Origin: an uncultured Ruminococcus sp.
GTDB taxonomy: Bacteria; Bacillota; Clostridia; Oscillospirales; Acutalibacteraceae
Length of the DNA stretch: 50,367 nt
NCBI GenBank assembly: GCA_902790985.1
Contig: CADAUE010000001.1
Span: forward strand, 1 to 50,367
Direction of reading: 5' to 3'
Shown: positions 7,947 to 18,483 of the stretch, in pieces
Layout: each line of letters opens with the position of its first letter
Numbering within the stretch: position 1 is the first letter of the stretch
Position numbers and translations under genes: made by a program
The notes under the pieces: model-generated
Databases searched by the model: none
Told to the model about the DNA's origin: nothing
The model's input: only the letters and a program-made list of their open reading frames with translations

Positions 7947-8064
7947 ATCATTATTATCATGAGGAGACGGCATGAGAAATCTCTATATTTTCGGAAACGA
8001 TAGGATCAATAAGGAACAAGATCCTTGTTAAGTCAAACAAAACATCACAACCGGAGGTGAGAAT

Positions 8065-9006
8065 ATGGGAATCTTCAAAGCCGCGGCGGGATCTGTCGGC
8101 GGTACGCTTGCCGACCAATGGCTGGAGGTATACAGCTGTGACGGCTTCGAGCAGGGGATTCTGGCCTGTCGCGCTAAAAAAACGACAAGTGATCATTCCG
8201 CGAACACCAAGGGTGAGGAAAACGTCATCAGTGACGGTTCCTCCGTCATCGTCCACAACGGTCAGTGCGCTCTGGCGATCGATAAAGGCAAGGTCATCTG
8301 GAGTTCTGATACTCCGGGCGAGAACGTCTTTCACAGCGACCGTACCGGCAGTATCTTTCACAAGGGCGGCATAAAGTCGATCGCTAAACAGAGCTTCGAG
8401 CGCTTCGGCTACGGCGGCGTTGCGGCGATCTACCAGATCATCATGTATCTCGACATGAAAGAGCACATGGGCAACCCTTTCTCAGTCAAGATCCCCATCC
8501 ATCTGACCGAGCGGCACACCGGCGCGAGCATCGACGCGACGGTCACAATGAGCGGCATGTTCTCCTTCAAAATCGTCGATCCCGTTACCTTCTACAAAAA
8601 GCTCTGCGGCAACACGACAGCCGAAGTACCGGTCAAGGCGGTCATTCCGCAGATGACAACAGAGCTTTCAGCCGTACTTCGACAGGCTCTGTCCAACCGA
8701 TGTCAAGAGGGCGTCAGCGCATATGAGCTCAGCTGCTACGGCGACGTGATGGTCGAAACAGCAGAGAAGCTGATCGACAAGCTATGGATCGAGGAGCGCG
8801 GCTATACCCTCTCCTCCATCGGTATCGACAATATCTCACTGACCAATGGCGACAAAAACCTTTTGCAAAGCATCGAATACGCAAAAGCGCTCACCGATCC
8901 TCGCCTTGCGGCGGCAACACTGATCGGAGCGCAGGCGCAGGCGATGCAGGACGCTGCGAAAAACATCTATGGACATGGTTTCATCATCGGCACTCCAAAC
9001 AACTGA
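8065..9006 (+). CDS. SPFH/Band 7 domain protein (YdjI / 'virion core protein'-like)
   Basis: N-terminal MGIFKAAAGSVGGTLADQWLE and NTKGEENVISDGS family signature; RBS GGAGGTG. Confidence 0.8.
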   Translation: MGIFKAAAGSVGGTLADQWLEVYSCDGFEQGILACRAKKTTSDHSANTKGEENVISDGSSVIVHNGQCALAIDKGKVIWSSDTPGENVFHSDRTGSIFHKGGIKSIAKQSFERFGYGGVAAIYQIIMYLDMKEHMGNPFSVKIPIHLTERHTGASIDATVTMSGMFSFKIVDPVTFYKKLCGNTTAEVPVKAVIPQMTTELSAVLRQALSNRCQEGVSAYELSCYGDVMVETAEKLIDKLWIEERGYTLSSIGIDNISLTNGDKNLLQSIEYAKALTDPRLAAATLIGAQAQAMQDAAKNIYGHGFIIGTPNN

Positions 9007-9159
9007 ATGACGCCATCAACGCAATATCCTGTCGTTTTGAATAAAAATCTTTATAAAAAATGTTTTTAATTCTATTTTAGAATATTATTCCGTAAAGATA
9101 TGGTATATTTAGAGTGTTGCAGAATGCAATAATACTATATTTTCAAAGGAGAAATCAAA

Positions 9160-9822
9160 ATGAAATTTGAAAACGCTGCAAAAGGCGTCAAGAAGATCTT
9201 CAGCGCAGAGATCCTTTCTCTGATCGCGGGAATCTTTACCGCCGTCGCGACTATCCTTATCATCCCGCTCGCTGCATCTGCTAAGTTGGAGAGCGGCGCA
9301 GGTCTGCTCGCTTCAGGCTTCGGTATGGTCGCTCTGGTAACAGCAGCCGCTGTCCTCATCATCATCGCCTTCATCTTCCACATCATCGGTATCTCCAACG
9401 CCGCGAAGGATGAGCCCAGCTTCAAGACCGCTATCATCTTCCTCATCGTCGGTATCGTTACTTCTATGGTCTCTGCTTTCACTCAGGCGGGTGTTCCCGT
9501 ACTCTCCAGCATCCTTGATGTTGTATCCAAGATCTGCAGCCTGTGCGTGACCCTCTTCATCATCCAGGGCGTCATCAACCTTGCTGAGAAGCTGAACAAC
9601 GACGAGATCGCTAACAAGGGCAGAAATCTCTTCAAGATCATCACCGCTATGTACGTTTTGATGCTGATCGCTTATGTTCTGGTCGCTGTTTTCCGCGCGA
9701 ACCCCGTTACCGCTACCATCGCGATCGTCATGGTCGTCATCGCTATGATTCTGAGCGTTATCCAGTACATCCTGTTCCTTGTTTATCTTTCCAGCGCTAA
9801 GAAAATGCTCAACGCTGAGTAA
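9160..9822 (+). CDS. Integral membrane protein of unknown function (about 6 TM segments)
   Basis: Multiple hydrophobic segments, RBS AAGGAG, own terminator. Confidence 0.8.
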   Translation: MKFENAAKGVKKIFSAEILSLIAGIFTAVATILIIPLAASAKLESGAGLLASGFGMVALVTAAAVLIIIAFIFHIIGISNAAKDEPSFKTAIIFLIVGIVTSMVSAFTQAGVPVLSSILDVVSKICSLCVTLFIIQGVINLAEKLNNDEIANKGRNLFKIITAMYVLMLIAYVLVAVFRANPVTATIAIVMVVIAMILSVIQYILFLVYLSSAKKMLNAE

Positions 9823-9843
9823 TTCCTTTTACAACGCAGCTTG

Positions 9844-9873
9844 CCGGCGTCGGTTTTCCGACGCCGGTTTTTT
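9844..9873 (+). terminator. Intrinsic terminator
   Basis: CCGGCGTCGG-TTTT-CCGACGCCGG followed by TTTTTT. Confidence 0.85.
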
Positions 9874-9931
9874 GTTGCGCTTTTCTGTCAACCTCTACTA
9901 CTAATTTCATACTAAGTAGCAATTACATACC

Positions 9932-9977
9932 AACAGTAAAAAGGCTGTCACCGAATCATGGTGACAGCCTTACTGTT
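9932..9977 (-). terminator. Terminator of the V-ATPase operon
   Basis: AAGGCTGTCACC/GGTGACAGCCTT stem with an A-tract on the left (U-tract on the minus strand). Confidence 0.7.
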
Positions 9978-10072
9978 TATAAAAAATATAACGCAGAAGG
10001 TTAACGAGTTTCCCCCACGAGGGGCTGAATAGGTTTAGCTCCCTGGATTCGGGAGCGATCATAACATAAACC

Positions 10073-10693
10073 TTATCCCCTATTCTCTTTCTGCTTTTTG
10101 ATGACCTTCAGACGCGAGAATTCCTCTCTGTCCTTTTCATCGAGCGCGTCGGTGATGAACTTCACATCACTTTCAAACTTCGGGATCATGATGTTTTTCA
10201 AGGCGTTGGCGCGCTTCTGGGTCTGCTTGATCGCGACCGCAAGGCGATAAACGCTGTTTTCGATCTCTGCCAGCTCTACGGTCAGATACTTTGCCTGCAT
10301 AAAAAGAGCGACAGCTTCATCAAATCTCGCGTTGGTATACTGCAAGCCGTAGTGCAACTCGCTTTCCTCAGGCTTGTCGATCGAGAGGATCGGGATCTCC
10401 ACGCCCATGATCGACCGTGAATCCATCGTGACAGAGGTATCAAAGGGAATGGTTTTTGACAGTTCATCACAGAAGCCGAGCGTGATATTCGCTTTTTCGA
10501 GCGACTTGTAGGCGTTCGTGAACGCATCGTCGATGGTGCTCTGGATCGCCGCAGCGCGGTCGATCAGCGCCATCATCTCGCGGATGAGGATATTGCGCTT
10601 TTTATCCATCAGCTCATAGCCGACCTTAGCGAGAGACAGCGACTTTTTCGTCGCCATGAGGTTGCCTTTTGTCGGTACTGCGTGCTGTGCCAT
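10073..10693 (-). CDS. ntpD: V/A-type ATPase subunit D
   Basis: PTKGNL...GYELMDKKRNIL and TQKRANALKNIMIP motifs; last gene of the operon. Confidence 0.93.
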   Translation of the reverse strand: MAQHAVPTKGNLMATKKSLSLAKVGYELMDKKRNILIREMMALIDRAAAIQSTIDDAFTNAYKSLEKANITLGFCDELSKTIPFDTSVTMDSRSIMGVEIPILSIDKPEESELHYGLQYTNARFDEAVALFMQAKYLTVELAEIENSVYRLAVAIKQTQKRANALKNIMIPKFESDVKFITDALDEKDREEFSRLKVIKKQKENRG

Positions 10694-10737
10694 CGTATCA
10701 CTCCCTTCCTAAATATGCCGCCGGCAAATCACGATTC

Positions 10738-12111
10738 TTATTTGCCGTAATACTTATCGAGCAGTTCGTCATCGACTCTGTCAAGCTCCGCTCTGGGCAG
10801 CGTTGACAGCAGCTTCCAGCCGAGATCAAGACTCTGGCTGATATCGCGGTTCTCGTCAAAGCCCTGGTTGATAAAGGTGCTTTCGAACTGGCGACCGAAT
10901 TCGAGATACTTTTTGTCGGTATCCGACAGCTCCTCTTCACCGATGACCGACGCGAGAGATCTGGCGTCGATGACCTTCGCGTAGCTTGCGAAGAGCTGGT
11001 TAGAGAGCGACGGGTGGTCAGCTCTGGTAAAGCCCTCGCCGATACCGTCCTTCATCAGTCGGGACAGCGACGGCAGAACGTTGACGGGCGGATAGAAGCC
11101 CTGGTTCTGTAAGCCGCGATCGAGAACGATCTGACCCTCGGTGATATAACCGGTCAGATCCGGTACCGGATGGGTGATGTCGTCGTTCGGCATGGTGAGG
11201 ATCGGGATCTGGGTCAAAGAACCTGTCGATCCCTTGATCATACCGGCTCTTTCATACATAGACGCAAGATCGCTGTACAGATAGCCGGGATAGCCCTTAC
11301 GTCCGGGGATCTCTCCCTTGGAGGACGAGAACTCGCGAAGCGCCTCGGCGTATGAGGTCATATCCGTCATGATGACAAGGATGTGCATGTTCAGCTCAAA
11401 GGCAAGGTACTCCGCCGTCGTCAGGGCGCAGCGCGGGGTCAAGGTACGCTCGATGATCGGATCGTTAGAGAGATTCAAAAACATCGTAACGTGCTGCATG
11501 ACGCCGGCTTCCTCAAAGCTCTTCTTGAAGTAGTCGGCAACGTCATTTTTGACGCCCATCGCGGCGAACACAACGCCGAAATTGCTTTCGTCCGCACCGG
11601 TGATCTTCGCCTGACGGACGATCTGTACCGCCAGCTCATTATGCTTCATACCCGAGCCCGAAAAGATCGGCAGCTTCTGACCGCGGATAAGGGTCGATAG
11701 GGTGTCGATGCTGGAGATACCGGTGTTGATATAGTTCTGCGGATAGATACGGGATACCGGGTTGATCGCGGTACCGTTGATATCGCGCTTTTTGACAGGA
11801 TAGATATCGCCGCGACCGTCGATCGGTCTGCCTGCGCCGTCAAGGATACGTCCGACGATCTCGGGCGCGAGCGGCATTTCCATCGGATGACCCGTTAGGC
11901 GGGTAGTGGTATTGTCAAGACCGACGTCACGTGTGCCCTCAAAGACCTGCACCACGATACGATCGCCCGCTATCTGAACGACACGCCCCTGGCGGACAGT
12001 TCCGTTATCCAAACGAATATCGACGATCTCTTCATAGCTGACGCCCTTGACGCCGTCGATCACAACCAGAGAACCGTTGATTTCTTTTACACCTACATAT
12101 TCGATGATCAT
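10738..12111 (-). CDS. ntpB: V/A-type ATPase subunit B
   Basis: [25 protein letters not shown] and [12 protein letters not shown] motifs. Confidence 0.97.
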   Translation of the reverse strand: MIIEYVGVKEINGSLVVIDGVKGVSYEEIVDIRLDNGTVRQGRVVQIAGDRIVVQVFEGTRDVGLDNTTTRLTGHPMEMPLAPEIVGRILDGAGRPIDGRGDIYPVKKRDINGTAINPVSRIYPQNYINTGISSIDTLSTLIRGQKLPIFSGSGMKHNELAVQIVRQAKITGADESNFGVVFAAMGVKNDVADYFKKSFEEAGVMQHVTMFLNLSNDPIIERTLTPRCALTTAEYLAFELNMHILVIMTDMTSYAEALREFSSSKGEIPGRKGYPGYLYSDLASMYERAGMIKGSTGSLTQIPILTMPNDDITHPVPDLTGYITEGQIVLDRGLQNQGFYPPVNVLPSLSRLMKDGIGEGFTRADHPSLSNQLFASYAKVIDARSLASVIGEEELSDTDKKYLEFGRQFESTFINQGFDENRDISQSLDLGWKLLSTLPRAELDRVDDELLDKYYGK

Positions 12112-12123
12112 ATACGGCCCTCC

Positions 12124-13875
12124 TCAGTTTAAGATCGACAGGATCTTGTCGTCGATATCCTTGATGAGATCGTCAAACATCTCGAGTCTGTCGTTCGGGA
12201 TATCATACTTGATCTTGGTGACTTTTTCAAAAAGCCCCGCTTCCGCGATGCGCTTGATCGGGATGTTCGCGGATACGACCGCCTTTGCCCTCTCGTACAG
12301 GTGCAGGATGACTTCCATCATACGCTTCTGCTTTTCGAGCGGTACATAGGTGTCGTCCTTATGGAACGCGTTCTGCTGCAGGAAACCGACGCGGATGATC
12401 TTCGCGATCTCGATGATCAGCTTCTGATCGTCGGGCAGAACGTCCGAGCCGATCAGCTTGACGATCTCCATCAAGCGGTTTTCCTCCTGCAAAAGCGCAG
12501 AGATATTATTGCGGTAATCGACGAACTCTCTCCCGTAATGTTCGACATAATACGGATCGAGGTCGGTAAAATACTCGCTGTAGCTGTCCATCCAGTTGAT
12601 CGCGGGATAATGACGCGCGTAGGCAAGCGACTTATCGAGCGCCCAGAAGCAGCGGGTGAATCGCTTGGTGTTCTGGGTAACGGGCTCAGAGAAATCGGAG
12701 CCCTGCGGCGATACCGCGCCGATGATGGTGACGGAACCCTCAAAACCGCTGAGTACATCCGCGCGACCCGCGCGCTCATAGAACTCGGACAGTCGTGAGG
12801 GCAAATACGCCGGGAAGCCTTCTTCGGCAGGCATTTCCTCTAATCGACCGCTGATCTCACGCAGCGCCTCTGCCCAACGCGAGGTAGAATCCGCCATGAT
12901 CGCGACGTCATAGCCCATATCGCGGTAGTATTCCGCAAGGGTGATTCCCGTATAGATCGACGCTTCACGCGCCGCGACGGGCATGTTGGAGGTGTTGGCG
13001 ATCAAGGTGGTTCTGTCGGTCATGGGTCTGCCCGACTTCGGGTCGATCAGCTCCGAGAATTCCTGCAAGACCTGGCTCATCTCGTTGCCGCGCTCACCGC
13101 AACCGACGTAAACGATGATATCCGCGTCGCACCACTTCGCGAGCTGATGCTGGGTCATGGTCTTGCCGGTGCCGAAGCCGCCGGGGATCGCCGCCGTACC
13201 GCCTTTGGATACAGGAAAGAGCGTATCGATAACGCGCTGACCGGTGATCAGCGGAACGGTAGGCGTCAGACGCGCTTTGACGGGTCTGGGGGTACGGATC
13301 GGCCAGCGCTGACAAAGGGTCAGCTCATGCACCGTGCCGTATGTATCTTCTAACTTGATGACGGTGTCGTGGAGCTTATACTTGCCGTCGGGCTTAGCTT
13401 CCACGACCTTGCCGCTGAGCTGCGGCGGCACCATCAGCTTGTGGGTGATGATCTGAGTTTCGGGACAGGTGGCATAGATCTCGCCGCCGTTAAGAATATC
13501 GCCGACCTTCACGGTCACGGTAACGTCCCATTCCTTTTCGGTGTCAAGGGAGGAAACCTGCGAGCCGCGGCTGATGAACGCGCCCACTTCCTTTTCGATC
13601 TCGGCGAGCGGTCTTTCGATGCCGTCAAAGATGTTATCGAGGATGCCGGGACCGAGCATAAGGTTCATCTGGGTATGGGTACCCTCGACAGGATCGCCGG
13701 GCTTCAGACCGGTCGTTTCCTCATAGCACTGGATAGTGGTATACTCCGAGGTGATACCGATGATCTCTCCGACAAGCCGCTGCCGACCGACGTAGACCAT
13801 CTCCATCATGGAAAAATCGGTCACGCCCTTGACGGTAACGACAGGGCCGTTGATGCCGTATATTACATTTGCCAT
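12124..13875 (-). CDS. ntpA: V/A-type ATPase catalytic subunit A
   Basis: Walker [28 protein letters not shown]; start [13 protein letters not shown] with GGTGGTG RBS. Confidence 0.97.
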   Translation of the reverse strand: MANVIYGINGPVVTVKGVTDFSMMEMVYVGRQRLVGEIIGITSEYTTIQCYEETTGLKPGDPVEGTHTQMNLMLGPGILDNIFDGIERPLAEIEKEVGAFISRGSQVSSLDTEKEWDVTVTVKVGDILNGGEIYATCPETQIITHKLMVPPQLSGKVVEAKPDGKYKLHDTVIKLEDTYGTVHELTLCQRWPIRTPRPVKARLTPTVPLITGQRVIDTLFPVSKGGTAAIPGGFGTGKTMTQHQLAKWCDADIIVYVGCGERGNEMSQVLQEFSELIDPKSGRPMTDRTTLIANTSNMPVAAREASIYTGITLAEYYRDMGYDVAIMADSTSRWAEALREISGRLEEMPAEEGFPAYLPSRLSEFYERAGRADVLSGFEGSVTIIGAVSPQGSDFSEPVTQNTKRFTRCFWALDKSLAYARHYPAINWMDSYSEYFTDLDPYYVEHYGREFVDYRNNISALLQEENRLMEIVKLIGSDVLPDDQKLIIEIAKIIRVGFLQQNAFHKDDTYVPLEKQKRMMEVILHLYERAKAVVSANIPIKRIAEAGLFEKVTKIKYDIPNDRLEMFDDLIKDIDDKILSILN

Positions 13876-13877
13876 CG

Positions 13878-14606
13878 TTACACCACCTTCAAACCGGAGT
13901 TTTCGTTGAACCATGCGTACTGATCGCTCAGCCGCAAATCGAGCGTGTCGTCGAGCGTAATGCCCTTAGAAGGACAATGCACTCTGATACCGCCGATCAG
14001 GATGTGGTTATCAAATACGATCTGAGCCTGTGTCAGCACAGAGCTGATCAAAGCGCTCTTGTCCTCATCCTTAGGCGCGAGATAAACCGTACAGTCATCC
14101 GCACCGACGATCTCGGCGATTTCTTTTAACGAACGTGTCAAAAACGCCGTATAATCCTCGGTTCGCGTAAAGGAAGTGAGCTTCTCGGTAGCCTGTGCGA
14201 AAACCTCGTCACGGATCGACTGTCTTTCGTCAAACAGACTGTTGCGCAGCTCAAGCTCCTGTTTCGCGACACTGTTGACGATCTTTGAGGTTCGCTTGGT
14301 GAGGTCCTCGCGGATCAGATCATAAGCATCCTGCAGACCTTGTTCGGTCGCCTGCTCGATCTTCTCACTTTTATAGTTCTCGATCTCCTGCGTGATCTGA
14401 GCCATATGCTCGGCGGCGTCACGGTTGATCGCGTCGAGGAACTTCGACTCCTTCGAGATCTCCGGTAAAGCGGAGTTTTTCTCGGAAGAATCGTTCATCG
14501 ACTTCTTTTTATAGTCTTCTATGTCCTGGCGGATCTGTTTCTTTTGTTCTTCGGCGTTGCGGTAGATCGCTTCCAGAAACTTGGAATCCTTATTCTTTTC
14601 GTTCAT
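13878..14606 (-). CDS. ntpE: V/A-type ATPase subunit E with duplicated N-terminal helix
   Basis: Coiled-coil N-terminus and C-terminal IGGIRV...DDTLD motif; position between F and A. Confidence 0.85.
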   Translation of the reverse strand: MNEKNKDSKFLEAIYRNAEEQKKQIRQDIEDYKKKSMNDSSEKNSALPEISKESKFLDAINRDAAEHMAQITQEIENYKSEKIEQATEQGLQDAYDLIREDLTKRTSKIVNSVAKQELELRNSLFDERQSIRDEVFAQATEKLTSFTRTEDYTAFLTRSLKEIAEIVGADDCTVYLAPKDEDKSALISSVLTQAQIVFDNHILIGGIRVHCPSKGITLDDTLDLRLSDQYAWFNENSGLKVV

Positions 14607-14645
14607 TGTTTACCTTCTCTCGGGGATCGGTTCGGGCAGATTACA

Positions 14646-14957
14646 TCAGCCCATATCCACGCCGATCGCGTCTTTGACGTACTTCGTGATACTGTCCTTT
14701 GTCCGTCCGTTACCGTGACGGTCGGGTATCTCGATGATCAAGGGCTGTTTGCGGTTGAGCTTAAGATCATAGATCGTATCTCTGATCAGATTGACCAGAG
14801 TCGATGTGATTAGGATGACCGCAATATCGTCCTCATCAAGAAGCGCGTTGAGCTTTTCTCTGAGCTCCTGCTCACGGTGCAGGACGACGCCGTCGATACC
14901 GGACATACGCATACCCATCAGCGTATCGACGTTATCGCTAAGCAGATACATTCTCAT
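14646..14957 (-). CDS. V/A-type ATPase subunit F
   Basis: SDNVDTLMGMRMSGIDG, DIAVILIT, PLIIEIPD and AIGV motifs. Confidence 0.92.
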   Translation of the reverse strand: MRMYLLSDNVDTLMGMRMSGIDGVVLHREQELREKLNALLDEDDIAVILITSTLVNLIRDTIYDLKLNRKQPLIIEIPDRHGNGRTKDSITKYVKDAIGVDMG

Positions 14958-14962
14958 CGTTA

Positions 14963-15388
14963 TCAGAGGCTTGTCAGGATCATAATGGAGATCAGCATAC
15001 CGTACAGCGCGCAGCCTTCACCGAGCGCGACGAAGATGATCGACTTACCGAAGTTTTTGGGATCCTCGGAGGTCGCGCCGATCGCCGCGGGAGCGGAGCC
15101 GCCGACAGCGATACCGCCGCCGATACACGAAAGGCCGGTAGAAAGGCCCGCGGAAATGTAGCCAAGTCCCGCAGACGAGCTATTGACAGCCTCAGCCGCG
15201 GCGGAAGCGTCAGCCGCGTGGGCGACGACCGGGCAGAGCAGACAGAAAGCCGCGACTCCGCAGAAGGAGAAGATCTGCGAAAGCACCGCCTTCTTGGGGC
15301 TGGTACCCTTGTTGTAAGCTCTGATACAGAGCAGAACGGAAATCACAAGAAAAGCCGCGGGAATGAACATTAATAAATACGTTAACAT
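14963..15388 (-). CDS. ntpK: V/A-type ATPase proteolipid (subunit K/c), single hairpin with N-terminal extension
   Basis: GGGIAVG...AIGATSEDPK...FVALGEGCALYG with the essential Glu; RBS GGAGGT before ATG 15388. Confidence 0.92.
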   Translation of the reverse strand: MLTYLLMFIPAAFLVISVLLCIRAYNKGTSPKKAVLSQIFSFCGVAAFCLLCPVVAHAADASAAAEAVNSSSAGLGYISAGLSTGLSCIGGGIAVGGSAPAAIGATSEDPKNFGKSIIFVALGEGCALYGMLISIMILTSL

Positions 15389-15469
15389 GATAAATACCTC
15401 CACAATTTAGCTATACATGCATTGAGTATACACTGATGAATTCGGTTGCGATAATCAATCAGCGGCTGC

Positions 15470-17410
15470 TTACGCTATATCTTTCACGGAAACGGGCTCA
15501 TATTTTCTGCCGTCGCCGATATAAAACCTGCTGAACATTTCGTAGTATTCCAGACGCAGTACCTGGATACCGACGAGCAGCGCCTCCAGCGCCATGACAA
15601 GAACGTTGCCGACGAGAACGGTGATCCAGTAGCCGATCGGGCCGAACATATTCGCCAGAACGAATACCACCGTCATCATGCCCGCGTGGACGAGGATGAA
15701 CGCGCCCACACGCAGGAAGCTCATGGTGTTGGTCACATAGGACAGCGCGACCTCGAACATCTCAAAGAGATTGTCCACGACAAACGACCCGAAGCCCTCT
15801 TCAAAGAGCTTCCTCTCCCCTTTCAGGAGCTTTGACAAGGGCTCTCGGAAAAAGACGAGGATCAGCGGCAGCACGATCAGTCCGAGGACATAAGCGGTGT
15901 TCATGATATTGACCTTGAGTACCAGCGTGCAAACCAGCCCCGCGACAAGCGAGGTGTAGAAGATCAAGCCCGCCGCGCCGTTCACGCCGAACAGCGCGTT
16001 GCCGATATCGCCCCGTTTGACGGAAGAGATGATGTTGAGGATCATCGCGATCGTGAGCAGCACCACGCCGATACCGACCGCGCCGAAAATGAGCATCATC
16101 GTCGTTTGACCCTCCATGACCTTGACAGGCTTGTCGCTGAGCCCGAACAAAGCTTTATAGACAGGGTTCAGCAGTTCTTCGAATCCGAAAACCGAGCCGT
16201 AGATCGCGCCGAAAATCATCGAACTGATCGAGCAAGGGATCAGCAGAGCGCCCAGCGGCATCTTCATCTTCTTGTACATGAAGATCGCCGCGATCAGCAG
16301 CATCAGTCCGTGACCGACGTCGCCGAACATGATACCGAACAACAGTGTGTAGGTGATCGCGATGAAGCCCGAAGGATCGATCTCGCGCGCGTTCGGCAAG
16401 CCGTACATCTCGGTATAGTATTCAAACGGTCGGAAGAAAAACGGGTTTTTCAGCTTTACGGGAGGCGAGTGCTTCATCTCATCCTCCGCCTTGGTAAAGG
16501 TGACCTCCACGCTCTCGATCGGCGTCAGAAGCTGTTCGATCCGACCCTCATACTCCGCCGGGATCCATCCGACAAGGATGAAGCTCTTGCGGTATTTGCA
16601 GGCATGGTTCTTGATCGAGATAAACGCGTGATGCTTGCACAGCGTTGAAAACACCTTCAAGATCTCTGTTTTATGCTCCTTGACATAAGCGTCGATCTCC
16701 GTGTTGAGCTGCTCGATATTTTTGTCAAGGTCATTACTCAGCTTCACCTGTCGTTCGATATAAACTTCGGGCTTTTCGTGGATATCGGAGATATTGACAG
16801 GCTCGAAGAACAGCCGAGAGAAAACGCGGTCTATGTCGTCCGCTTTGCTCACGGGCGTAACGTATGCGCCCCAGTAGTAGGCGTCGTCCTTAGAGCATGG
16901 GAAGAACTCGACATAGGGATTATCGTTATACGCCTGCATCTTGATAAAGCTGTCCTTCGGCAGCTTTCCGAAGCGTGTGATGATGTACTCACACTCAAAG
17001 ATCTTCTCGAGATCGACGTCCAAGCCGATAAAATGCTTTGCTTTTTCGATATTATCGTCACAGGCGCTTCTGTCGGCAGCCAGCTGATCACGCGCCGTGA
17101 TCAGATCGCCCAGATGAGAATCCTCTTCGTCGATCATCGCTTTGAGCTGCTCGGCGTTCAGCTCATCAAACTCGGGCGCGTCAACGATCTTCGGCTCGAT
17201 CCCCGAGCCGGCCATCAGCTCTCTGAGCTTATCCAGCAGCGGCGAATAATCATCGGGAGCGTTGATGGGAACGAGCTTTTCGTTATCCGAGAAAAACGCA
17301 GCGGTCTCATCCGGCTGGAATACGCCGGTGTGACCGAGAGCGACGACCACGTCGTCAAGATAACGCATCATTCCGATCACGTTCACCAGTTTCATTTTAG
17401 CAAGTGCCAT
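15470..17410 (-). CDS. ntpI: V/A-type ATPase subunit I (a)
   Basis: FGIMFGDVGHG, NTMSFLRVGAF and LRLEYYEMFSRFY motifs. Confidence 0.95.
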   Translation of the reverse strand: MALAKMKLVNVIGMMRYLDDVVVALGHTGVFQPDETAAFFSDNEKLVPINAPDDYSPLLDKLRELMAGSGIEPKIVDAPEFDELNAEQLKAMIDEEDSHLGDLITARDQLAADRSACDDNIEKAKHFIGLDVDLEKIFECEYIITRFGKLPKDSFIKMQAYNDNPYVEFFPCSKDDAYYWGAYVTPVSKADDIDRVFSRLFFEPVNISDIHEKPEVYIERQVKLSNDLDKNIEQLNTEIDAYVKEHKTEILKVFSTLCKHHAFISIKNHACKYRKSFILVGWIPAEYEGRIEQLLTPIESVEVTFTKAEDEMKHSPPVKLKNPFFFRPFEYYTEMYGLPNAREIDPSGFIAITYTLLFGIMFGDVGHGLMLLIAAIFMYKKMKMPLGALLIPCSISSMIFGAIYGSVFGFEELLNPVYKALFGLSDKPVKVMEGQTTMMLIFGAVGIGVVLLTIAMILNIISSVKRGDIGNALFGVNGAAGLIFYTSLVAGLVCTLVLKVNIMNTAYVLGLIVLPLILVFFREPLSKLLKGERKLFEEGFGSFVVDNLFEMFEVALSYVTNTMSFLRVGAFILVHAGMMTVVFVLANMFGPIGYWITVLVGNVLVMALEALLVGIQVLRLEYYEMFSRFYIGDGRKYEPVSVKDIA

Positions 17411-17424
17411 CTTATCACCTCACC

Positions 17425-18450
17425 TTACAGCACGAGCGTCTCATAGATACTCTCGGGATCCATAGAATATCTGACGCCCTCGATAATGGCTATTACGTTT
17501 GACAGCTCTGTCTGTGACAGGATATAGAAGGACAGCAGCACGATCTCGGGATTTGTCGAGAAATACAGCTGATGTCTGCACATCTCATAGCGCCCCTGTA
17601 CCGCCATCTCACGGTCGATGTCGATCGTTTTCGCTTTTTTGCCGACGCCGGTTTTCAAGAGCTCCTCGCGCACTTCCTCGTAGGTATCGCGCGACAGGAT
17701 GCGGTCGAGCTTTCTGCCGGTAAGATTGCCGTAATGCAGTAGGTGCCCGCGCACAGCGTCGCTGTTCATATGATAATACTTTTTCAGTCGGATGATACGC
17801 GAGTAGTTGTGATAATCGGAGAGCGTATCAAAGAGACTGAGCATCTGGTTTCTGATCTTCTTTTTCTTGATCTTTTGCAGATCGGCGTACAACAGCGAGA
17901 GATTGTAATTCTCTAACGCGTCCTCGATCGCCGCAAGATCATAGTCGCCGTTCTCGTTGGGCGGAAAGCCTTTGATAACATCATAGTAGCCTGTGTTATC
18001 CAGCGTGTTGAGCAATTCGCGGTGATTGTTCACCAGCGAGAGCTTTTCCAGCCCGATATCCGTATGCCGCACAAAGAACAGCGGCATGGAGAAGAGATAT
18101 TCCTCGGGGCGTTTGATCGACAACAGGGTGATGAACTTCATCAGCTCTCGGATCTCGATCAGCCGCAGACCGTATTTCGTCACCGGAGTGTCGCCGTTGT
18201 TGTATCTGCAAAAGCTCAAAAAGCTTTCGAACTGCTTTTGACGCATGATATTCTCGAGGTTACCGCGATGGACGTCGTTGCTGACCTTGTCAAGAAAGCT
18301 CTGATAATGAGTATATGTTTTGAGATACTGTACCACTTCGCCGACAGAGCCGCACTTGACCATCGCCTGATAGTCTTTTTCTCTCAGTCGTTTACCGTAC
18401 TGAGATTTGATTTTCGCGCTGATCGCCGAAGCGGGATCGATCACAGCCAT
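17425..18450 (-). CDS. ntpC: V/A-type ATPase subunit C (d)
   Basis: AKIKSQYGKRL N-terminus, ELSNVIAIIEGVRY C-terminus, operon position. Confidence 0.85.
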   Translation of the reverse strand: MAVIDPASAISAKIKSQYGKRLREKDYQAMVKCGSVGEVVQYLKTYTHYQSFLDKVSNDVHRGNLENIMRQKQFESFLSFCRYNNGDTPVTKYGLRLIEIRELMKFITLLSIKRPEEYLFSMPLFFVRHTDIGLEKLSLVNNHRELLNTLDNTGYYDVIKGFPPNENGDYDLAAIEDALENYNLSLLYADLQKIKKKKIRNQMLSLFDTLSDYHNYSRIIRLKKYYHMNSDAVRGHLLHYGNLTGRKLDRILSRDTYEEVREELLKTGVGKKAKTIDIDREMAVQGRYEMCRHQLYFSTNPEIVLLSFYILSQTELSNVIAIIEGVRYSMDPESIYETLVL

Positions 18451-18483
18451 ACACTCACCGCCTTTCTGAATATCAATCTACTT

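Noticed and set aside
7547-7960. Exact attR core sequence
   Set aside because: Cannot be defined without the left prophage end or an empty-site genome.
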